Made by a program: the position numbers and the translations under genes. Positions 32,778 through 43,553 of a DNA stretch of 47,672 nucleotides are shown here, one piece after another. Under the pieces are notes generated by a model. That model had not been told where the DNA came from. It searched no databases and saw only the letters and a program-made list of their open reading frames with translations. How positions within the stretch are numbered: position 1 is the stretch's first letter; every line of letters begins with the position of its first letter. Source of the DNA: Acidimicrobiia bacterium (lineage in GTDB: Bacteria; Actinomycetota; Acidimicrobiia; IMCC26256; PALSA-555); assembly GCA_035650535.1 (NCBI GenBank), contig DASRHL010000174.1:1-47672 (forward strand), written 5' to 3'.

Positions 32778-35169
32778 CCGCGACCGTCCGGGCCGGCGAC
32801 GCGTCGAGCGCCAGGCGCAGGACGTCGGCCACGTCGTCGACGAGGTGGAACGTCATCTGCGCGCGCACGACCTCGGGCACGTCCTCCAGGTCGGGCCCGT
32901 TGCGGGCCGGAAGGATGACCGTCGTCAGCCCCGCCCGCTGCGCCGCGAGCACCTTCTGCTTCACGCCGCCGATCGGCAGCACGCGCCCCTGGAGCGTGAC
33001 CTCCCCGGTCATGCCGACGTCCGCGCGGACGGGCCGTCCGGTCAACAGGCTGACCAGCGCGGTCGTCATCGTCACACCCGCCGAGGGCCCGTCCTTGGGG
33101 ACGGCACCGGCCGGGACGTGCAGGTGGAACCGGCGCCGGGCCGCATCGGGGTCGACTGCGAGCTCGGGTGCGTGCGACTGCACGTACGACAGCGCGATCT
33201 GCGCCGACTCCTTCATGACGTCGCCGAGCTGACCGGTGAGCGTCAGGCCGGCGTCGCCGTCCATCGCGGTCGCCTCGATGAAGAGGACGTCGCCGCCCGT
33301 GCCGGTGACCGCCAGACCGGTGGCCACACCGGGCGCGCCCGTGCGGTCGGCGACCTCGTTGAAGAACTTCGCTCGCCCGAGGAGCGAGCGCGTCTCGTCC
33401 GCGTCGAGCGCGACCGGAGGCGCGACCGTGCCGGACGCGATCCGGGCCGCGACCTTGCGCAGGACCTTGCCGAGCTCGCGCTCGAGGTTCCGCACGCCCG
33501 CTTCGCGGGTGTAGTCGGTGACGATGGCGCGGAGCGCGTCGTCGTCGATCGTCACCTCGCCGTCCGCGAGGCCGTTGCGCTCGCGCTGGCGCGCGAACAG
33601 GTGCTCGCGGGCGATGACGACCTTCTCCTCCTCCGTGTAGCCGTCGAGACGGATGACCTCCATCCGGTCGAGCAGCGGACCCGGCACCGTGTCGAGCACG
33701 TTGGCGGTGGCCAGGAACAGCACCTCCGACAGGTCGAGGTCGACCTCGAGATAGTGGTCACGGAACGTGTGGTTCTGCGCGGGGTCGAGGACCTCGAGCA
33801 ACGCGGACGACGGGTCGCCGCGCCAGTCGGCGCCGAGCTTGTCGACCTCGTCGAGCAGCACGACCGGGTTCATCGAACCGGCTTCGGTCAGCGCCCGCAC
33901 GATGCGGCCCGGCCGGGCCCCGACGTAGGTGCGCCGGTGCCCGCGGATCTCGGCCTCGTCGTGCACGCCGCCCAGCGCGACGCGCACGAACTTCCGGTCG
34001 AGCGCGCGCGCCACCGACTCGCCGAGCGACGTCTTGCCGACGCCCGGCGGGCCGACGAGGGCGAGGATCGCGCCGGCGCCACGGCGAGCGCCGGCGTCCG
34101 CGTCCGCACGGGCCTCGTCGAGCCCACGCTCCGCCCGCAGCTTGCGCACGGCCAGGAACTCGACGATGCGGTCCTTCACGTCGTCGAGGCCGGTGTGGTC
34201 GGCGTCGAGCACACCGCGCGCGGCGACGACGTCGAGGCGGTCCTCGGTGCGCGTCGCCCACGGGACCTCGAGGAGCGTGTCGAGGTAGGTGCGGATCCAA
34301 CCGTGCTCGGGGCTCTGCTCGCTCGTGCGCTCCAGCCGGTCGACCTCGCGCGTGGCCGCGTCGCGGATGGCCTCGGGCAGCCCGGCCTCCGCGATCTTCG
34401 TGCGGTATTCGGCGACGACGTCCTCGCCGTCGCCGCCTTCGCCCAGCTCCTTCCTGATCGCCTCGAGCTGGCGGCGCAGCAGGAACTCCCGCTGCGTCTT
34501 CTCCATGCCGTCGGCCACCTCGGTACGGATGCGCTCGGTCACCTCCAGCTCCTCGAGCGCGTCACGGGCCCACGCGACGACCTTCTCGAGCCGCGCCTCG
34601 ACGTCCAACGTCTCGAGGAGCTCGACCCGCCGCTCCACGGCCAGGTCGGGCCACCAGCCGGCGGTGTCGGCCAGCGCCCCCGGGTCGACGACGCCCTGGA
34701 GCGCCTCGGTGAGCCGGCCCGCGCGCAGCTTCTCGGCGATGACCGCGACCGTCGCGCGGTACTCGCGAGCCAGCTCGCGGGCGCGGTCGGTCGGCTCGCC
34801 CTCGACCACGGGCTCGGCCTCGACCCACAGCCCGGCGCCGGTGCCGACCACACCGGCCCCGACGACGGCGCGGTGCAGCCCGCGCAGCACCAGGGCCCGC
34901 ACCCCGTTGGGGAGCTCGCCCGCGTTCTCGATCCGGGCGACGGTTCCCACGCGGGCGTAGCGCCCGTCCACCTTGGGGACGAGGAGCAGCAGCCGGTCGC
35001 CGCCGGTGGCGGCCTCGGCCGCGGCCGCGGCGGTCCGGGCCTCGTCGGTCTCGAGGGCGAGGGTCACCACCATCTGGGGCAGGACGACGCCCGTGGTGAG
35101 GGCCAGGAGCGGCAGGACGGGCGCCTGGCGGGTGTTGCGATCGGGTGCGCTTGCGGTCGTCTCGGTCAC
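32773..35169 (-). CDS. lon: ATP-dependent Lon protease (LonA, about 798 aa)
   Basis: This is the 3' 2.4 kb of ORF 32773..36426. GTG at 35169 (VTETTAS). LON N-domain ([17 protein letters not shown]), Walker [12 protein letters not shown], catalytic DGPSAGVTM and [10 protein letters not shown]. Confidence 0.9.
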   Translation of the reverse strand: MTETTASAPDRNTRQAPVLPLLALTTGVVLPQMVVTLALETDEARTAAAAAEAATGGDRLLLLVPKVDGRYARVGTVARIENAGELPNGVRALVLRGLHRAVVGAGVVGTGAGLWVEAEPVVEGEPTDRARELAREYRATVAVIAEKLRAGRLTEALQGVVDPGALADTAGWWPDLAVERRVELLETLDVEARLEKVVAWARDALEELEVTERIRTEVADGMEKTQREFLLRRQLEAIRKELGEGGDGEDVVAEYRTKIAEAGLPEAIRDAATREVDRLERTSEQSPEHGWIRTYLDTLLEVPWATRTEDRLDVVAARGVLDADHTGLDDVKDRIVEFLAVRKLRAERGLDEARADADAGARRGAGAILALVGPPGVGKTSLGESVARALDRKFVRVALGGVHDEAEIRGHRRTYVGARPGRIVRALTEAGSMNPVVLLDEVDKLGADWRGDPSSALLEVLDPAQNHTFRDHYLEVDLDLSEVLFLATANVLDTVPGPLLDRMEVIRLDGYTEEEKVVIAREHLFARQRERNGLADGEVTIDDDALRAIVTDYTREAGVRNLERELGKVLRKVAARIASGTVAPPVALDADETRSLLGRAKFFNEVADRTGAPGVATGLAVTGTGGDVLFIEATAMDGDAGLTLTGQLGDVMKESAQIALSYVQSHAPELAVDPDAARRRFHLHVPAGAVPKDGPSAGVTMTTALVSLLTGRPVRADVGMTGEVTLQGRVLPIGGVKQKVLAAQRAGLTTVILPARNGPDLEDVPEVVRAQMTFHLVDDVADVLRLALDASPARTVAA

Positions 35170-35241
35170 GCGTCCTCGCTCGGTGCCGGGCCCCGAGCCG
35201 TCGGCGCGGGGCCGGATTACACGATTACGCGAGGACAGAAC

Positions 35242-35259
35242 AGGGGCCGATCGGCCCCT
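35242..35259 (-). terminator. Perfect 18-nt palindrome / hairpin downstream of fumC
   Basis: AGGGGCCGATCGGCCCCT (7-bp stem, GATC loop) lies 54 nt after the fumC stop. On the minus strand it is followed by GTTCTGTCC. Confidence 0.55.
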
Positions 35260-35312
35260 ATTCCCGGGTGATCCGGTCGGATTTCCCGGCCGGCTCGCCG
35301 AGGGTCCGGAGC

Positions 35313-36719
35313 TCAGCCGGGCCGGGTCATGCGCTCGGGGCGCACGAGCTCGTCGAACTTCTCGGCGGTGAGGTGGCCGAGCTGCACCGCCGCCTCCTTG
35401 AGCGTGAGCTTGTTCTTGTGGGCGTGCTTGGCGATGGCGGCCGCGTTGTCGTAGCCGATGTGCTGGTTGAGGGCGGTGACGAGCATCAGGGAGCTGCCCA
35501 CGTGCTCGGCGATCCGCTCCAGGTCGGCCTCGATCCCCTCGACGGCGAACTGGCGGAAGTTCGTGCACGCGTCGGTGAGCAGGTCGACCGAATGGAGGAA
35601 GTTGAAGATCATCACCGGCTTGAACACGTTGAGCTCGAAGTTGCCCTGCGACCCGGCGATCGCGACCGCGGCGTCGTTGCCGAGCACCTGGACGCAGACC
35701 ATCGTCATGGCCTCGCTCTGGGTCGGGTTCACCTTGCCGGGCATGATCGACGAACCCGGTTCGTTCTCGGGCAGCACCAGCTCCCCGAGACCCGCTCGCG
35801 GCCCGGACGCGAGCCAGCGGATGTCGTTGGCGATCTTCATCAGCGACACGGCGAGCGTCTTGACCGCTCCGCTCGCGAACACGAGCGCGTCGTGGGCCGC
35901 GAGCGCCGCGAACTTGTTGTCGGCGTCGTCGAAGGGAAGGCCGGTGAGCTCGGCGATCCGGTCCGCGACCCGGTCCGCGAACTCCGGATGCGTGTTGAGC
36001 CCGGTGCCGACGGCCGTCCCGCCGATCGCGAGCTCGTAGAGGCCGGGCAGCGCCTGCTGCAGCCGCTCGAGGTCGGCGTCGAGCTGGGCCACGTATCCCG
36101 AGAACTCCTGGCCCAGCGTCAGGGGCACCGCGTCCTGGAGGTGGGTCCGCCCGATCTTGACGATGTCGCGGAACTCCTCGGCCTTCGCCGCGATCGCGTC
36201 CCGCAGCGCCTGCACCGAGGGGATCAGGCGGTGGACGACCTCCTCGACCGCCGCGATGTGCATCGCGGTCGGGAACGTGTCGTTCGACGACTGCGACATG
36301 TTGACGTCGTCGTTGGGGTGGATGGGCTGCTTCGAGCCCTTCTCGCCGCCGGCCAGCTCGATGGCGCGGTTTGAGATCACCTCGTTGACGTTCATGTTCG
36401 TCTGCGTGCCGCTGCCCGTCTGCCACACGAAGAGCGGGAACTCGCCGTCGAGCTTGCCGGCGAGGATCTCGTCGGCCGCGGCGACGATGAGGTCGGCCTT
36501 CTCGGCGGCGAGCTTGCCGAGGTCGCGGTTCGTCAGCGCCGCGGCCTTCTTCAGGATCGCCATCCCGCGGATGACCGCGGGCGGCATGTGGTCGTTGCCG
36601 ATCGAGAAGTGGTGCAGCGAGCGCTGCGTCTGCGCGCCCCAGTACCGGTCGTCGGGGACCTCGATCGGCCCCATGCTGTCCGTCTCGGTCCGCGTCGGAC
36701 CACCGTTCGGGTTCGCCAT
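35313..36719 (-). CDS. fumC: Class II fumarate hydratase
   Basis: ORF 35313..36758. I prefer the ATG at 36719 ([17 protein letters not shown]). YWGAQTQRS and the signature [16 protein letters not shown]. Confidence 0.9.
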   Translation of the reverse strand: MANPNGGPTRTETDSMGPIEVPDDRYWGAQTQRSLHHFSIGNDHMPPAVIRGMAILKKAAALTNRDLGKLAAEKADLIVAAADEILAGKLDGEFPLFVWQTGSGTQTNMNVNEVISNRAIELAGGEKGSKQPIHPNDDVNMSQSSNDTFPTAMHIAAVEEVVHRLIPSVQALRDAIAAKAEEFRDIVKIGRTHLQDAVPLTLGQEFSGYVAQLDADLERLQQALPGLYELAIGGTAVGTGLNTHPEFADRVADRIAELTGLPFDDADNKFAALAAHDALVFASGAVKTLAVSLMKIANDIRWLASGPRAGLGELVLPENEPGSSIMPGKVNPTQSEAMTMVCVQVLGNDAAVAIAGSQGNFELNVFKPVMIFNFLHSVDLLTDACTNFRQFAVEGIEADLERIAEHVGSSLMLVTALNQHIGYDNAAAIAKHAHKNKLTLKEAAVQLGHLTAEKFDELVRPERMTRPG

Positions 36720-36753
36720 GTCGCGAACGGTACCGCGCCCCCCTCGCGTTCTT

Positions 36754-36790
36754 GGCACGCTGGACGCCGCATAGCGACGTCCAGCGTGCC
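36754..36790. promoter_or_regulatory. Long near-perfect hairpin / inverted repeat between the SDR stop and the fumC start
   Basis: GGCACGCTGGACG-c-CGC-ata-GCG-a-CGTCCAGCGTGCC has 13 + 3 bp. It is flanked by GAAAAA on the plus strand (TTTTTC precedes it on the minus strand). It lies 35 nt upstream of the fumC ATG. Confidence 0.5.
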
Positions 36791-36815
36791 GAAAAACCCG
36801 GGATCGGCCGCGCCC

Positions 36816-37628
36816 TCAGCCCGCTGCGCGGCGGACGACCCGGTCGAGGGAACGGCGCAGGTAGGGGCCGAGCAGGCCGGCCACGCGGGCGAGCGCGGCG
36901 GTCTGGACGTCGGCGGTGACGGTCAGGCGGTCGCGCTCGATGCCCCGCACGATGGCGGCGGCGACGGCGTCCGCCGTCCGGGGCTTGATCTTCGCGGAGT
37001 AGCTCGCCGTCGCCGCCGGCATCATCGCCCGTTCCCGCTCGAGCGCGGGCGTCTCGGTGTCGGGCGGGTACGCGCAGGCGACCACGATCCCGTGCGGGCG
37101 CAGCTCGGAGCGCAGCGACTCGGCGAGGCCCCGGACCGCGAACTTCGTCGGTGCGTAGGCGGCGTACCCGTAGAGCCCGATCAGCCCGACCGTCGACGAC
37201 ACCATGAGGAGGTGCCCGCGGCGCCGGTCCACCATCGTCGGCAGGACGGCCCGGATCGCGTTCACCGTGCCCAGGTAGTTGACGGCGACCTGGCGCCGGA
37301 AGACCTCGTCGTCGAGGTCGACGAACAGACCCGGATGCGCGTAGCCGGCCGACGTGACGAGCACGTCGACGGGCCCGAGCCTCTCAACGCCCTGCGCGAC
37401 CGCTTCGCGTAACGCGTGACCGTCCGCGACGTCGGCGGTCGCGCTCGCGACACGGCCCGCCGCGCCGGCGACACCGTCGAGCTCGGTTTGCGCGGCACGC
37501 AGGCGCGCGGCGTCCCGGGCCACGATCGAGACGCGCCCGCCGCGCGCCACCACGGCGCGGGCCACCGCGAGCCCGATCCCGCTCGACCCGCCCGTGACGA
37601 GAACGTGGGAACCTGAGAGGACCGTCAC
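36816..37628 (-). CDS. SDR-family oxidoreductase (about 270 aa)
   Basis: ORF 36816..37775. I prefer the GTG at 37628 (VTVLSGSHVLVTGGSSGIG). TGGSSGIG and the catalytic YAPTKFA. Confidence 0.8.
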   Translation of the reverse strand: MTVLSGSHVLVTGGSSGIGLAVARAVVARGGRVSIVARDAARLRAAQTELDGVAGAAGRVASATADVADGHALREAVAQGVERLGPVDVLVTSAGYAHPGLFVDLDDEVFRRQVAVNYLGTVNAIRAVLPTMVDRRRGHLLMVSSTVGLIGLYGYAAYAPTKFAVRGLAESLRSELRPHGIVVACAYPPDTETPALERERAMMPAATASYSAKIKPRTADAVAAAIVRGIERDRLTVTADVQTAALARVAGLLGPYLRRSLDRVVRRAAG

Positions 37629-37645
37629 GCGTCGGATCGTGCCAC

Positions 37646-39922
37646 GTGCTGCGGTACGGTCGCCCGGTGCGGCGTCTGGTCCACGTCGGAGTGCTCGCCG
37701 CCCTCCTCGGCGGCCTGCTCGCCGTAGCCGCCGGGCCCGCCGCGCCGGGCGCGCAGGCGTCGGCGACGACGTCACTCGACCAGCGCATCCGCGAGGCGGC
37801 CGGGCCGCTGAACGTCGCCGGCAGCGTCGACCAGGTGTACGTCACCGGTGCAGCCCCGAAGACCCGCCTCGAGCTGATCGACCGCTCCGCCCGCCGGGTG
37901 GCGACGGCGCGCGCCGACGCCCTCGGGAGCCACCTGTTCCGCGGCATCCGACCGGGTGACGGCTACCGCGTGAAGGTCGGATCACGGGTCGCGGCGCCGA
38001 GCGTGCACGTCGCGAACCCGGACGAGACCCCGCCGCCGACGCTCTACACGTCGCAGAAGCTGACCGACGGCTTCCAGTACCTCCGCACGCGCGACGGCAC
38101 CCTGCTCTCGATCAACGTCCACCTGCCCGGCCCGATCGACGCGGGCCCCTACCCCACGGTCGTCGAGTACTCCGGCTACGACCCGTCCAACCCCGACGGC
38201 AACCAGGCCGCGTCACGTCTTGCGCAGACGCTCGGCTACGCGACGGTCGGGGTCAACATGCGCGGGACCGGCTGCTCGGGCGGTGCGTGGCAGTACTTCG
38301 AGACCCTCCAGTCGCTGGACGGCTACGACGCGATCGAGACCGTGGCCGCCCAGCCGTGGGTCGCGTTCGGCAAGGTCGGAATGGTCGGGATCTCCTACCC
38401 CGGCATCACGCAGCTGTTCGTCGCGCAGACCCGGCCCCCGCACCTCGCCGCGATCACCCCGCTCTCGGTCATCGACGACACCTACCGCGGTGTCATGTAC
38501 CCGGGTGGCATCTTCAACAACGGCTTCGCCCTCCAGTGGGCAACCGAACGCCAGTCGGACGCACGTCCGGCCGGTCAGGGCTGGGCGAGGAAGCGCATCG
38601 ACGACGGCGACCGGACGTGCACCGCGAACCAGGCGTTGCGACTGCAGACGCCGAGCGTGCTCGGGGAGATCCGCGCCTACCGCTACTACGACCCCGCCAC
38701 CCTCGACCCGCTCGCGCCCTCCACGTTCGTCGACCGGATCCGCGTCCCGACCTTCCTCGCCGGCGCATGGCAGGACGAGCAGACCGGCGGCCACTTCCCC
38801 GACATGCTGGCGAACTTCCCGAAGGACGTGCCCCACAGGTTCACGTTGACGAACGGCACCCACTTCGACTCGTTCGGCCCCGAGCTGATCACGCGATGGG
38901 GCGAGTTCCTCGACTTCTACGTCGCGCATCGCATCCCGCACATCACGGCGGCATCCCGGGTCAGCGCGACCTTCGTCTACTCGAGGATCGTCGGCGTCCC
39001 CGGCCTGCAGCTGCCACCCGACCGCTTCGACGGCTCCACGAGCTACGCCCAGGCGCTCGCCGTGTACGAGGCCGAACCGCCGGTCCGGGTGCTGTTCGAC
39101 AACGGAGCGGGAGCCCAGCCCGGCGCGCCGGTGCCGGGGTTCGAGCGCAGCTTCGCGTCGTGGCCGGTGCCGGGGCTCACCCCCACCGCCTTCTACACCG
39201 GAGCCCACGGCACGCTCACCGAGACGAAGCCGACCGGTCCGGACGGCGCCAACGTGGTCGACCGGTACCACTACGACCCGAAGTCCGTGCCCCGCACGGA
39301 CCACCCGACGAACCTCGACGACTTCTTCCGCGCGCGCCCGTCGTACGACTGGAAGCCGTTGCCGAACGGCGACGCCGTCGCCTGGGTCACCCCGCCGCTG
39401 ACGTCGGACGTCGTCGCGCTCGGGCCCGCGAGCGCCGACCTCTGGCTCGAGTCGACCGCGCCCGACACCGATCTCGAGGTGACGATCACGGAGGTCCGCC
39501 CCGACGGGAAGGAGACCTACGTCCAGAGCGGTTGGCTGCGGGCCAGCCGCCGGAAGCTCGACCCGAGAACGTCGACGGACCTGGAACCGCGCCCGACCTT
39601 CACGCGCGCCGACGCCGCGCCCCTGCCCGCCGGTCGGTTCTCCCTCGTCCGCGTCGAGCTGTTCCCGTTCGGCCACGTCTTCCGGGCCGGGTCGCGCATC
39701 CGTCTCGCCGTGCAGGCGCCCGGCGGGAACCGCCCGCGCTGGGAGTTCCAGTCGCTGGGCGCCCGGGGGCGGGTGATCAACGGGGTCGCGCGATCGGCCC
39801 TGCATCCCTCACGGGTCGTGCTGCCCGTGGTACCCAATGTCCCGGTAGCGACCCCGCTCCCCGCGTGCGGCGCGTTGCGCGGGCAACCCTGCCGCGACTA
39901 CGAGGTACCGAAGTCGCCCTGA
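37646..39922 (+). CDS. Secreted CocE/NonD-family (S15, X-Pro dipeptidyl-peptidase-like) hydrolase
   Basis: ORF 37646..39922. Signal-like N-terminus, TRDGTLLSINVHLPG, YPTVVEYSGY, nucleophile elbow GISYPG, and a C-terminal beta-sandwich-like region. Confidence 0.75.
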   Translation: MLRYGRPVRRLVHVGVLAALLGGLLAVAAGPAAPGAQASATTSLDQRIREAAGPLNVAGSVDQVYVTGAAPKTRLELIDRSARRVATARADALGSHLFRGIRPGDGYRVKVGSRVAAPSVHVANPDETPPPTLYTSQKLTDGFQYLRTRDGTLLSINVHLPGPIDAGPYPTVVEYSGYDPSNPDGNQAASRLAQTLGYATVGVNMRGTGCSGGAWQYFETLQSLDGYDAIETVAAQPWVAFGKVGMVGISYPGITQLFVAQTRPPHLAAITPLSVIDDTYRGVMYPGGIFNNGFALQWATERQSDARPAGQGWARKRIDDGDRTCTANQALRLQTPSVLGEIRAYRYYDPATLDPLAPSTFVDRIRVPTFLAGAWQDEQTGGHFPDMLANFPKDVPHRFTLTNGTHFDSFGPELITRWGEFLDFYVAHRIPHITAASRVSATFVYSRIVGVPGLQLPPDRFDGSTSYAQALAVYEAEPPVRVLFDNGAGAQPGAPVPGFERSFASWPVPGLTPTAFYTGAHGTLTETKPTGPDGANVVDRYHYDPKSVPRTDHPTNLDDFFRARPSYDWKPLPNGDAVAWVTPPLTSDVVALGPASADLWLESTAPDTDLEVTITEVRPDGKETYVQSGWLRASRRKLDPRTSTDLEPRPTFTRADAAPLPAGRFSLVRVELFPFGHVFRAGSRIRLAVQAPGGNRPRWEFQSLGARGRVINGVARSALHPSRVVLPVVPNVPVATPLPACGALRGQPCRDYEVPKSP

Positions 39923-39947
39923 GGCGAGAGGGCCAGGAGACGCCATC

Positions 39948-41627
39948 ATGACCACGGCCGTGGCCGCGCTGAGTGACCGCTACGTCGAACGCGTCGCCGT
40001 CCTCGATCCCGTCGCGGCGACGTTCGAGGGGCTCACCGGACACGACGCGGAGATGACCGACTACTCCCCGGACGGCATCGAGGAGCGCCACACGTTCGAC
40101 CGCACGACGTTGCGCGAGCTGCGCGGGACCGCGCCCGAGGACGACCGCGACCGCATCGCGGCGGAGGTCATGTCCGAGCAGCTCGCACGCGGGCTCGCCC
40201 TCGCCGACGCCGGGGAGTCGTACCGCGACCTCAACGTCCTCGCGTCGCCGGTACAACTCGTGCGGCAGTGCTTCGACCTGATGCCGAGCGCGACGCGTGA
40301 CGACTGGGAGGTGATCACGGCCCGGGCGGCGCTCGTCCCGCAGGCGCTCGCCGGCTTCGAGGACACGCTCACCGAGGGCCGCCGCCAGGGGCTGGTCGCG
40401 GCAGCGCGACAGGCCGTCGCGTGCGCGCAGCAGGCGGACGTCTGGGGCGGTGTGAAGGGCGGCTCCCGGCCGTTCTTCCTCGCGCTGGCCGACCGGTTCG
40501 CGGCGAGCGGTATCGACGAACCCGCACTTCACACGCGCCTCGAGCAGGTCGCACAGCGCGCGACCGACGCGTACGCGGCACTCGGCCGCTACCTCGTCGA
40601 GGAGTACCTGCCCGACGCGAGCGAGCACGACGCGGTCGGCCCGGAGCGTTACGCCCGCTGGGCCTCGGTGTTCAACGGCATCGACCTCGACCTGCACGCC
40701 ACCTACGACTGGGGTTGGCAGGAGCTGCACCGCATCGAGCACGCGATGGGCAACGTCGCCGAGCGGATCCTGCCCGGCGAAGCGGTCGACGACGTCGTCG
40801 CGTACCTCGACCGCGATCCCGACCGGTCGATCGAGGGCGTCGAGCCGTTCCGGCGCTGGCTGCAGGACCTGCTCGACACCACTGTCGCCGAGCTGGACGG
40901 CGTGCACTTCGACATACCGGAGCCGGTCCGCCGCGTCGAGGCGATGATCGCACCCGAGGGTGGCGCAGCCGCCATGTACTACACGGGCCCGTCGGAGGAC
41001 TTCAGCCGCCCGGGCCGGACGTGGTACCCGACGCTCGGCAAGACGCGCTTCCCGCTGTGGCGTGAGGTGTCGATCTGCTACCACGAGGGTGTCCCCGGCC
41101 ACCACCTGCAGATCGCGCAGGTCCGGTACCTCGCCGACACGCTCACGCGCTTCCAGCGCACGCTCGCGGGCTGCTCCGGGCACGCGGAGGGTTGGGCACT
41201 GTACGCCGAGCGCCTGATGGGCGAGCTCGGCTACCTCGACGACCCGGCCAGCGAGCTCGGCATGTTGGCGGCGCAGTCGATGCGCGCGGCGCGCGTCGTC
41301 GTCGACATCGGTCTCCACCTCGAGCTCGCGCTCCCGCCCGGTCAGCGCTACCACCCGGGCGAGACCTGGACTCCCGAGCTCGCGCTCGCGTTCATGATCG
41401 AACGCTCGAAGATGCCGGCCGACTTCGTCAGGAGCGAGATCGACCGCTATCTCGGGTTCCCCGGGCAGGCGATCTCGTACAAGGTCGGCGAACGCGAGTG
41501 GCTCGCCGCGCGCGACGACGCCCGCCGCGCCGCCCGCGACGGCTTCGACCTCAAGGCGTTCCACGCCCGCGCGCTCGACCTCGGCCCCATGGGCCTCGCC
41601 CAGCTCCGGCGGGAGCTCGCCCGGTGA
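39948..41627 (+). CDS. DUF885-family protein (putative metallopeptidase-like)
   Basis: ORF 39948..41627. The length, the conserved YHEGVPGHHLQ and the C-terminal EIDRY...PGQAISYKVGE pattern are typical of DUF885. Confidence 0.7.
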   Translation: MTTAVAALSDRYVERVAVLDPVAATFEGLTGHDAEMTDYSPDGIEERHTFDRTTLRELRGTAPEDDRDRIAAEVMSEQLARGLALADAGESYRDLNVLASPVQLVRQCFDLMPSATRDDWEVITARAALVPQALAGFEDTLTEGRRQGLVAAARQAVACAQQADVWGGVKGGSRPFFLALADRFAASGIDEPALHTRLEQVAQRATDAYAALGRYLVEEYLPDASEHDAVGPERYARWASVFNGIDLDLHATYDWGWQELHRIEHAMGNVAERILPGEAVDDVVAYLDRDPDRSIEGVEPFRRWLQDLLDTTVAELDGVHFDIPEPVRRVEAMIAPEGGAAAMYYTGPSEDFSRPGRTWYPTLGKTRFPLWREVSICYHEGVPGHHLQIAQVRYLADTLTRFQRTLAGCSGHAEGWALYAERLMGELGYLDDPASELGMLAAQSMRAARVVVDIGLHLELALPPGQRYHPGETWTPELALAFMIERSKMPADFVRSEIDRYLGFPGQAISYKVGEREWLAARDDARRAARDGFDLKAFHARALDLGPMGLAQLRRELAR

Positions 41628-41687
41628 CTCCGGCGACGGTTCGTCTCTCCCTCGATCGCGCGGGAACCGGCACCATCGCGGGAGGCG

Positions 41688-43508
41688 TCAGAGGCGGCCG
41701 GCCTCCCGCGCCGCGGCTTCGGCGGCCTCGAGCTGCTCGGCGACGATCGCGAGGCCGCCGTCCCAGAACGAGGGATCGGCGAGGTCGACGCCGACGACAC
41801 GGCCGAGGGCCTCGGGGGTGTCGGAACCGCCGCGCGCGAGCAGCTCGAGGTAGCTGGGAACGAACTCGGCGCCGCGCTGCTCGTACTGGCGGTACACCGA
41901 CAGCGCGAGGAGCTGACCGTACGCGTACGCGTACACGTAGCCGGGGGTCCCGATGAAGTGCGGGATGTACGACCACCACGTCCGGTACCCGTCGGTGATC
42001 TCGACGGCGTTGCCGAGCATGTCGGCCTGGGTCGCCGCCCACAGCTCGTTGAACCGCTCGACCGAGAGCTCGCCCGCCCCGCGCCGTTCGGTGTGGACGG
42101 CGTCCTCGAATCGATTCATCGCGATCTGGCGGAACACCGTCGCGATCTGGCCCTCGAGGCTCTCGGCGAGCAGCGCGAACCGGTCGGCGGGATCCGAGGT
42201 GGCCTCGAGGAGGCGGCCGAACGTCACCGTCTCGCCGAACACCGACGCCGTCTCGGCCAGCGTCAGGGGCGTCGTCTGGTGGAAGATCCCCTGACCGCGC
42301 GCGAGGTACGCGTGCAACCCGTGACCGAGCTCGTGCGCGAGCGTGAGCACGTCGCGCCGGCGCGCCGTCCAGTTGAGCAACAGGTACGGATGATGTGACG
42401 GGACGGTGTAGGCGCAGAACGCGCCGGGCCGCTTGGCCGGGCGGACGGGCGCGTCGATCCAGGGCTGCTCGAAGAAGTTGCGCGCCGCGTCGGCGAGCTC
42501 GGGCGAGAACGACGCGTAGGCGTCGAGCACCAGCGCACGCGCCTCGCTCCAACGGAACTCCGACTCGCTCGCGGCGACCGACGCCATGCGGTCGTAGTCC
42601 GCGATCCGGTCGACCCCGAGGAGCCGGGCCTTCAGCGCGTACCACCGCTGCGGGATGTCGTAGCGCTTCACGACGGCTTCGACGAGGGCCTGCACCGACT
42701 CGTCGCTCGCCTCGTTGTCGAGGTTGCGGCTCGCGAGCCAGCCGTCGTAGTGGCGCAGCCGGTCGTCGGTCGCCTTGTCGGCGAGCAACGTGTTGAACAC
42801 GAACGCGCGCGTCCGCAGCCCGGGCGCGAGCGCGCCCGTCACCGCTTCCGCGGCCGTGCGGCGGACCTCGCGTTCGGGGTGCTGGAGCCGCGAGAGGCCC
42901 TCCTCGAGTGAGACCGACGTACCGTCGAGCTCCACCGTGATCATCGACGAGAGCTCGCTGAACAGCCGGGCCCACGCGCTCCGCCCCGTGACCGACTTCT
43001 CGGCCATGAGCCGTTCCTCGGGCTCGCTCAGGAGGTGCGGCCGGTAGCGGCGGGCCGACGCGAGGTAGTGCCGGCAGAACGCGAGGTCGTCGGCGGCGAG
43101 GATGCGCTCGACGTGCTCGTCGGGGAGCTCCGCCCATTCGAGCTCGAGGAACAACAGCTCGTTGCCGATCGCCGTCGAACGCTCCTCGACCGCGGCCAGC
43201 AGCTTGCCGCGCTCCGGGTCGGAGGTGTCGACGGAGAAGGCGAGGCTGGCGTACGAGCCCACCTTGCCGACGAGCTCGGACACGGCCGCGACCTCGCGCA
43301 TGACGGCGGCCAGCGCCGGCGCGTCGAGCTCCGCGACCCTGCCGCGGTGCACCTGCAGTGCCGCCGCCCGTTCGGCGGCGTCGTCGAGCATCGCGTCGAC
43401 GCCGTCGATGCCCCGGCCCTCGACCAGCGGCTCGAGGTCCCAGGCGACGCCGGCCGCCCGGAGGTCGTCGTCGAGCTCGCCGGTGCGGGCGTCAGCGCCG
43501 ATCGTCAT
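41688..43508 (-). CDS. pepF: M3B-family oligoendopeptidase F (PepF-like)
   Basis: ORF 41688..43508. Zinc motif HELGHGLH and the downstream ETASVFGE third-ligand region. Confidence 0.85.
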   Translation of the reverse strand: MTIGADARTGELDDDLRAAGVAWDLEPLVEGRGIDGVDAMLDDAAERAAALQVHRGRVAELDAPALAAVMREVAAVSELVGKVGSYASLAFSVDTSDPERGKLLAAVEERSTAIGNELLFLELEWAELPDEHVERILAADDLAFCRHYLASARRYRPHLLSEPEERLMAEKSVTGRSAWARLFSELSSMITVELDGTSVSLEEGLSRLQHPEREVRRTAAEAVTGALAPGLRTRAFVFNTLLADKATDDRLRHYDGWLASRNLDNEASDESVQALVEAVVKRYDIPQRWYALKARLLGVDRIADYDRMASVAASESEFRWSEARALVLDAYASFSPELADAARNFFEQPWIDAPVRPAKRPGAFCAYTVPSHHPYLLLNWTARRRDVLTLAHELGHGLHAYLARGQGIFHQTTPLTLAETASVFGETVTFGRLLEATSDPADRFALLAESLEGQIATVFRQIAMNRFEDAVHTERRGAGELSVERFNELWAATQADMLGNAVEITDGYRTWWSYIPHFIGTPGYVYAYAYGQLLALSVYRQYEQRGAEFVPSYLELLARGGSDTPEALGRVVGVDLADPSFWDGGLAIVAEQLEAAEAAAREAGRL

Positions 43509-43553
43509 CGTTCCCCACTCCCGTGCGCGTCTCGCGGGCGTCTCCTGCGCGCC

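Noticed and set aside
35170-36426. N-terminal 420-aa extension of the Lon ORF (32773..36426)
   Set aside because: The extension is out-of-frame overlap with fumC and is junk-like. The Lon N-domain begins right after the GTG at 35169.
37629-37645. A gap of only 17 bp between divergent starts (SDR and CocE/NonD hydrolase) as evidence of something unusual
   Set aside because: It most likely reflects start-codon uncertainty, since both genes have alternative downstream starts or N-terminal extensions. There is no independent signal.
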